From positions 89,430,709 through 89,483,088 of the forward strand of contig NC_068983.1 in the NCBI RefSeq assembly GCF_001194135.2: a stretch of DNA of 52,380 bases, in the 5' to 3' direction. The first letter of the stretch is position 1. The number at the start of each line of letters is the position of its first letter. Shown here one piece after another: positions 48,907-52,380 of this stretch. The stretch is from Octopus bimaculoides. Taxonomy: Eukaryota. The notes beneath the pieces were generated by a model that did no database searches, had not been told where the DNA came from, and was given only the letters and a program-made list of their open reading frames with translations. The position numbers and the translations under genes are program-made.

Positions 48907-50200
48907 TATGAGGCAGTATCGAAAAGTTACAGGACTAGCTATGTTTAATACAAAAATAACTTATTTACCTAAGTTTTAACATTATCGCCTTCGAAATAGA
49001 CACCTTGCACAGCAATAGACTGGTTCCAGCATTCCTGCCACTTTTGGAATCCGACCTGGAAGTAATTTTCTGTGGTTTGCTCTGGATTTCAACAACAACA
49101 TTAAAACAGTGACCTTTGAGTTGTATTTTCATCTTGGAGAAGAGATGGAAGTCCACAGGTACTAAATCTAGCAAATAGGGTGGGTACAGAAGCAATACCA
49201 TGTTGTTTTTGGCAAGAAATTCACAAGTGAGGAAAGCTTGGTGACAGGGTGTGTTGTCATCATAAAGAATTCAATTATTTGTGCTCCACAGATCTGGTCA
49301 CTTTCACTGAATATCCTCCCTCAAATGCTTTAAAAGGTCTTGATTGATGGACAAGCCCCAGGGGACAAATTCTCAATGTACAATACTTCAGATGTCAAAA
49401 AAAAAAAAAAATGATGAGCATGCTCTTGATTGAGCTGTAGCTCTGACGTGCCTCCTTTGATCATGGAGATGAGGGCCTCTTCCATTGTGACGACTGTTGC
49501 TTCATCTCAGGTACATATCAGTAGACCCTACTCTTGTCACTGGTGATGATCCTCAACATGAAGGATGGGTCATCAGTGGCATGCTGATGGAGATCTTGAC
49601 AGACTTTGACATGATGTTCTTCCTGCTCAGTGGGTGGGGGGAACACTTGGCAGAGATACACCACATGTTCAATTCAGAAATTAAGATTACTGGCACAAAC
49701 CCATATGACAGGCCAACAACATCAGCAATGTCATTGATTGCCTTCTGACGATCTTTGTGCTCGAGCTGATGAATTTTCTCTGCATTTCTGGGAGGTGACG
49801 GTCATGGCAGGTCTTCCAGATCGCTAATCATCTTCCAGGGATGTTCTTCCACTTTTGAAGCACCTGTGCCACTCGAAACATTGCATACGAACCATTACCT
49901 CATCACTGTAAGCTTGTTGAAGCATGCTCAATGTTTCTGTAGTAGACTTCCCAAGTTTAACACAAAATTTATGTTGGCACTTTGTGCCTGTCCATGACAA
50001 AATCGTAGACTACAGCATAAATGTGATCACTAAAAAAACAAATTTCACAACTTGTAAAATAAGCACAGCAATGTCACTTGGTGCACTGCCTCATGAAAGT
50101 CACTGCTAGCTCTCACTGCACACACAACCATGTGCTGCTATCTGTTGGCATACCACAGAACTGACTAGGCTGGAAACTTTTTGTGCATGCATGTAGTGTG
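48907..50200 (-). mobile_element. Second, older mariner of a different subfamily with a decayed transposase
   Basis: Minus strand: NIKFCVKLGKSTTETLSMLQQAYSDE...FEWHRCFKSGRTSLEDD*RSGRP and YPPYLLDLVPVDFHLFSKMKIQLKG. Degenerate TIRs tatgaggcagtatcgaaaagttac and ggaaactttttgtgcatgcatgta. Confidence 0.8.
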
Positions 50201-51066
50201 TTTGGGGGTGGGGTGCATATGTAAGTAGGAAACTTCTTGTCTTTTTCTTTTGTTTTGGCACATTGTATTTCATCCTTTTTGTTTTTCTTAACTGCTTTGT
50301 CCCTTCATTTCTATATATTTACATTTTTATCAAAATATGCTATTAGTTCAATTGTTTTAAAGATGATTTAGTCATACTGTAAGAGAAGAGAAAATAAATT
50401 GAAATAAATTAAATTAAATTCATTTTCATGACATCAGTTCTGGAAGTTCATGTTTTTCTTACAAAATTCACATGGTGCAGGTAGTTGGTATCCTCTGATG
50501 GCTGATGGGTTATAATAATAAATAGTGACAGTTCTAGCACTGGTAGTTGTCTTTTGTTCTTTACTGGGAATATTAGTATTAAGGAGTGATAATTAGTTGT
50601 AGAAGCAGCAATGGTAGTGCCCATAGATATACTGGCTGTATCAGTCTCACCAGTTGAAGCAGCAGTATTAGTAGTAGCTGCAGCAATATCTATCAAATTG
50701 TGTGCTTATGTGTGTATGTGATTATATTTGAATTGCTGTGTGTATGAAGAAATACGTAGAAATTAAAAAGCTTTTGTAATATATGTAACAGGAGGCAAGG
50801 ATATGAGATGAAAAGAAATTTCTTGTGAATTGTATTGATGATTAGTTTTAATTCTTGTTCCTGGCCATATGAAAGCCATAAATGGCACCTCTTTGCCCCT
50901 TCTTAAAAACAAAGATTATTTTTATGCTTGCAGGTTAAGAATTTAGCTTTTCAAACATAGGTTCTATCTACTGCATGATAATTTGGGCAAGTCTTTTCTG
51001 CTTAGCCTCAATTTCATGAATACCCTGTGAATGGAATTTGGTTTAAAAAGCCCATCTTGTGTGTAA

Positions 51067-51183
<117 letters not shown>

Positions 51184-51309
51184 TGTGTGTTTGTGTGCAT
51201 GTTTGCATGTTGATTTTGTCACTCTTTGGAAACATGCAACCAACAACAAACACTATTGATCACAAATAGTGATATAAATTCAAATCAAATCAATCAAATA
51301 CTAATATTC

Positions 51310-51495
51310 ATTTCTACTCTAGGCACAAGGCTCAAAATTTTTTGGACAGGGGCCTGTCAATTAAATGGACCCCAGTATGCAACTGGTACTTAATTTATTG
51401 ACCCCGAAAAGATGAAAGGCAAAGTCAACCTCAGCAGAATTTGAACTCAGAACATAAAGACAGACGACATACCACTAAACATTTCACCCTGCATG
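51310..51495 (-). mobile_element. SINE family B
   Basis: aactggtacttaattttattgaccccgaaaagatgaaaggcaaagtcaacc is the reverse complement of the core. Confidence 0.8.
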
Positions 51496-51497
51496 GT

Positions 51498-51715
51498 TAA
51501 GGCAATGAGCTGACAGAATTGTTAGCACACTAGGCAAAATTCTTAGCAGCATTTCATCCATCTTTATGTTCTGAGTTCCAATTCCACCAAGGTCAACTTT
51601 GCCTTTCATCCTTTTGGGGTCTATAAAATTAGTACCAGTTGAGCACTGGGATGGATGTAATCTACTAGCCCTCTCCACCAAATTGCTGTCTTTGTGCCAA
51701 AATTTGAAAGCAATA
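51498..51715 (+). mobile_element. SINE family B
   Basis: aaggcaatgagctgacagaattgttagc...gcctttcatccttttggggtctataaaattagtaccag. Confidence 0.8.
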
Positions 51716-51789
51716 TTAATAATATGGCTGAATAGTTGAGGAATTCACTTCATGACCTTGAACTCTCACCAAGTAACTTGTCTTGTAAG

Positions 51790-52113
51790 TTACTTGGTGA
51801 CCTCAAAATTCCTTGTCTTGCAAGTCACTTGGTGACCCTGCTGGTGCTGGTGACACATAAAAAGCATCCAGTCCACAATGTAAAGTGGTTGGCATTTGGA
51901 ATGGCATCCTGCTGTAAAAATCATGCCAAAACTGACTTTGCCTGTGCTGGTGCCATGTAAAAGTACTCAGTCCACCCTGCAGAGTGGTTAGTGTCAGGAA
52001 GGGCATCCAGCCGTAAAGGTCCTTCCAAAATACACAGTAGCCTGAGGTAGTCTTCTACCTGGGCAGCTCCTGTCAAATGTCCTACCCATGCATGCATAGA
52101 AGATGGACGTTAA

Positions 52114-52154
<41 letters not shown>
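51790..52154 (+). mobile_element. RTE-type 3' end with (GAT)n tail
   Basis: gaagggcatccagccgtaaag...gatggacgttaaatgatgatg. Confidence 0.75.
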
Positions 52155-52380
52155 ATCATCATCATCGTTTAACGTCCGCTTTCCATGCTAGCATGGGTTG
52201 GACGATTTGACTGAGGACTGGTGCAACCGGATGGCTACACCAGGCTCCAATCTAATTTGGCAGAGTTTCTACAGCTGGATGCCCTTCCTAACGCCAACCA
52301 CTCAGAGAGTGTAGTGGGTGCTTTTACGTGTCACCCGCACGAAAACGGCCACGCTCGAAATGGTGTCTTTTATGTGCCAC
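52155..52380 (-). mobile_element. RTE 3' end (continues past the window edge)
   Basis: Near-identical to 43988-44200 and to the reverse complement of 1-170. Confidence 0.9.

Noticed and set aside
50448-50696. 82-aa Ala/Thr-rich ORF
   Set aside because: Decayed trinucleotide low-complexity sequence.

Overview
Eukaryotic, AT-rich, repeat-dominated scaffold segment with several N gaps. The SINE and LINE families and the TA/CA/ATT microsatellites look like an octopus (coleoid cephalopod) genome; this is an inference. No intact host gene is recognisable. The window is a nested set of decayed mobile elements: an ORF1-only L1/Tx1-like element with a target-site duplication (TSD), a hAT transposon with both ends, a Mag-type Gypsy LTR element, RTE and R4/Dong-type LINEs, two mariners, Helitron and Helentron-type pieces, three SINE families and Penelope-like (PLE) fragments. 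The main unexplained structure is RNA-level: two different hammerhead ribozyme families inside head-to-head inverted PLE-type repeats. One is a ~1.08 kb palindrome (33696-34775) with a hammerhead in each arm and an 82-nt structured stem-II insert. The other can be rebuilt from three decayed copies (22.3, 23.3 and 35.4 kb) and shows stem-II covariation. All alignments and folds were done by eye.
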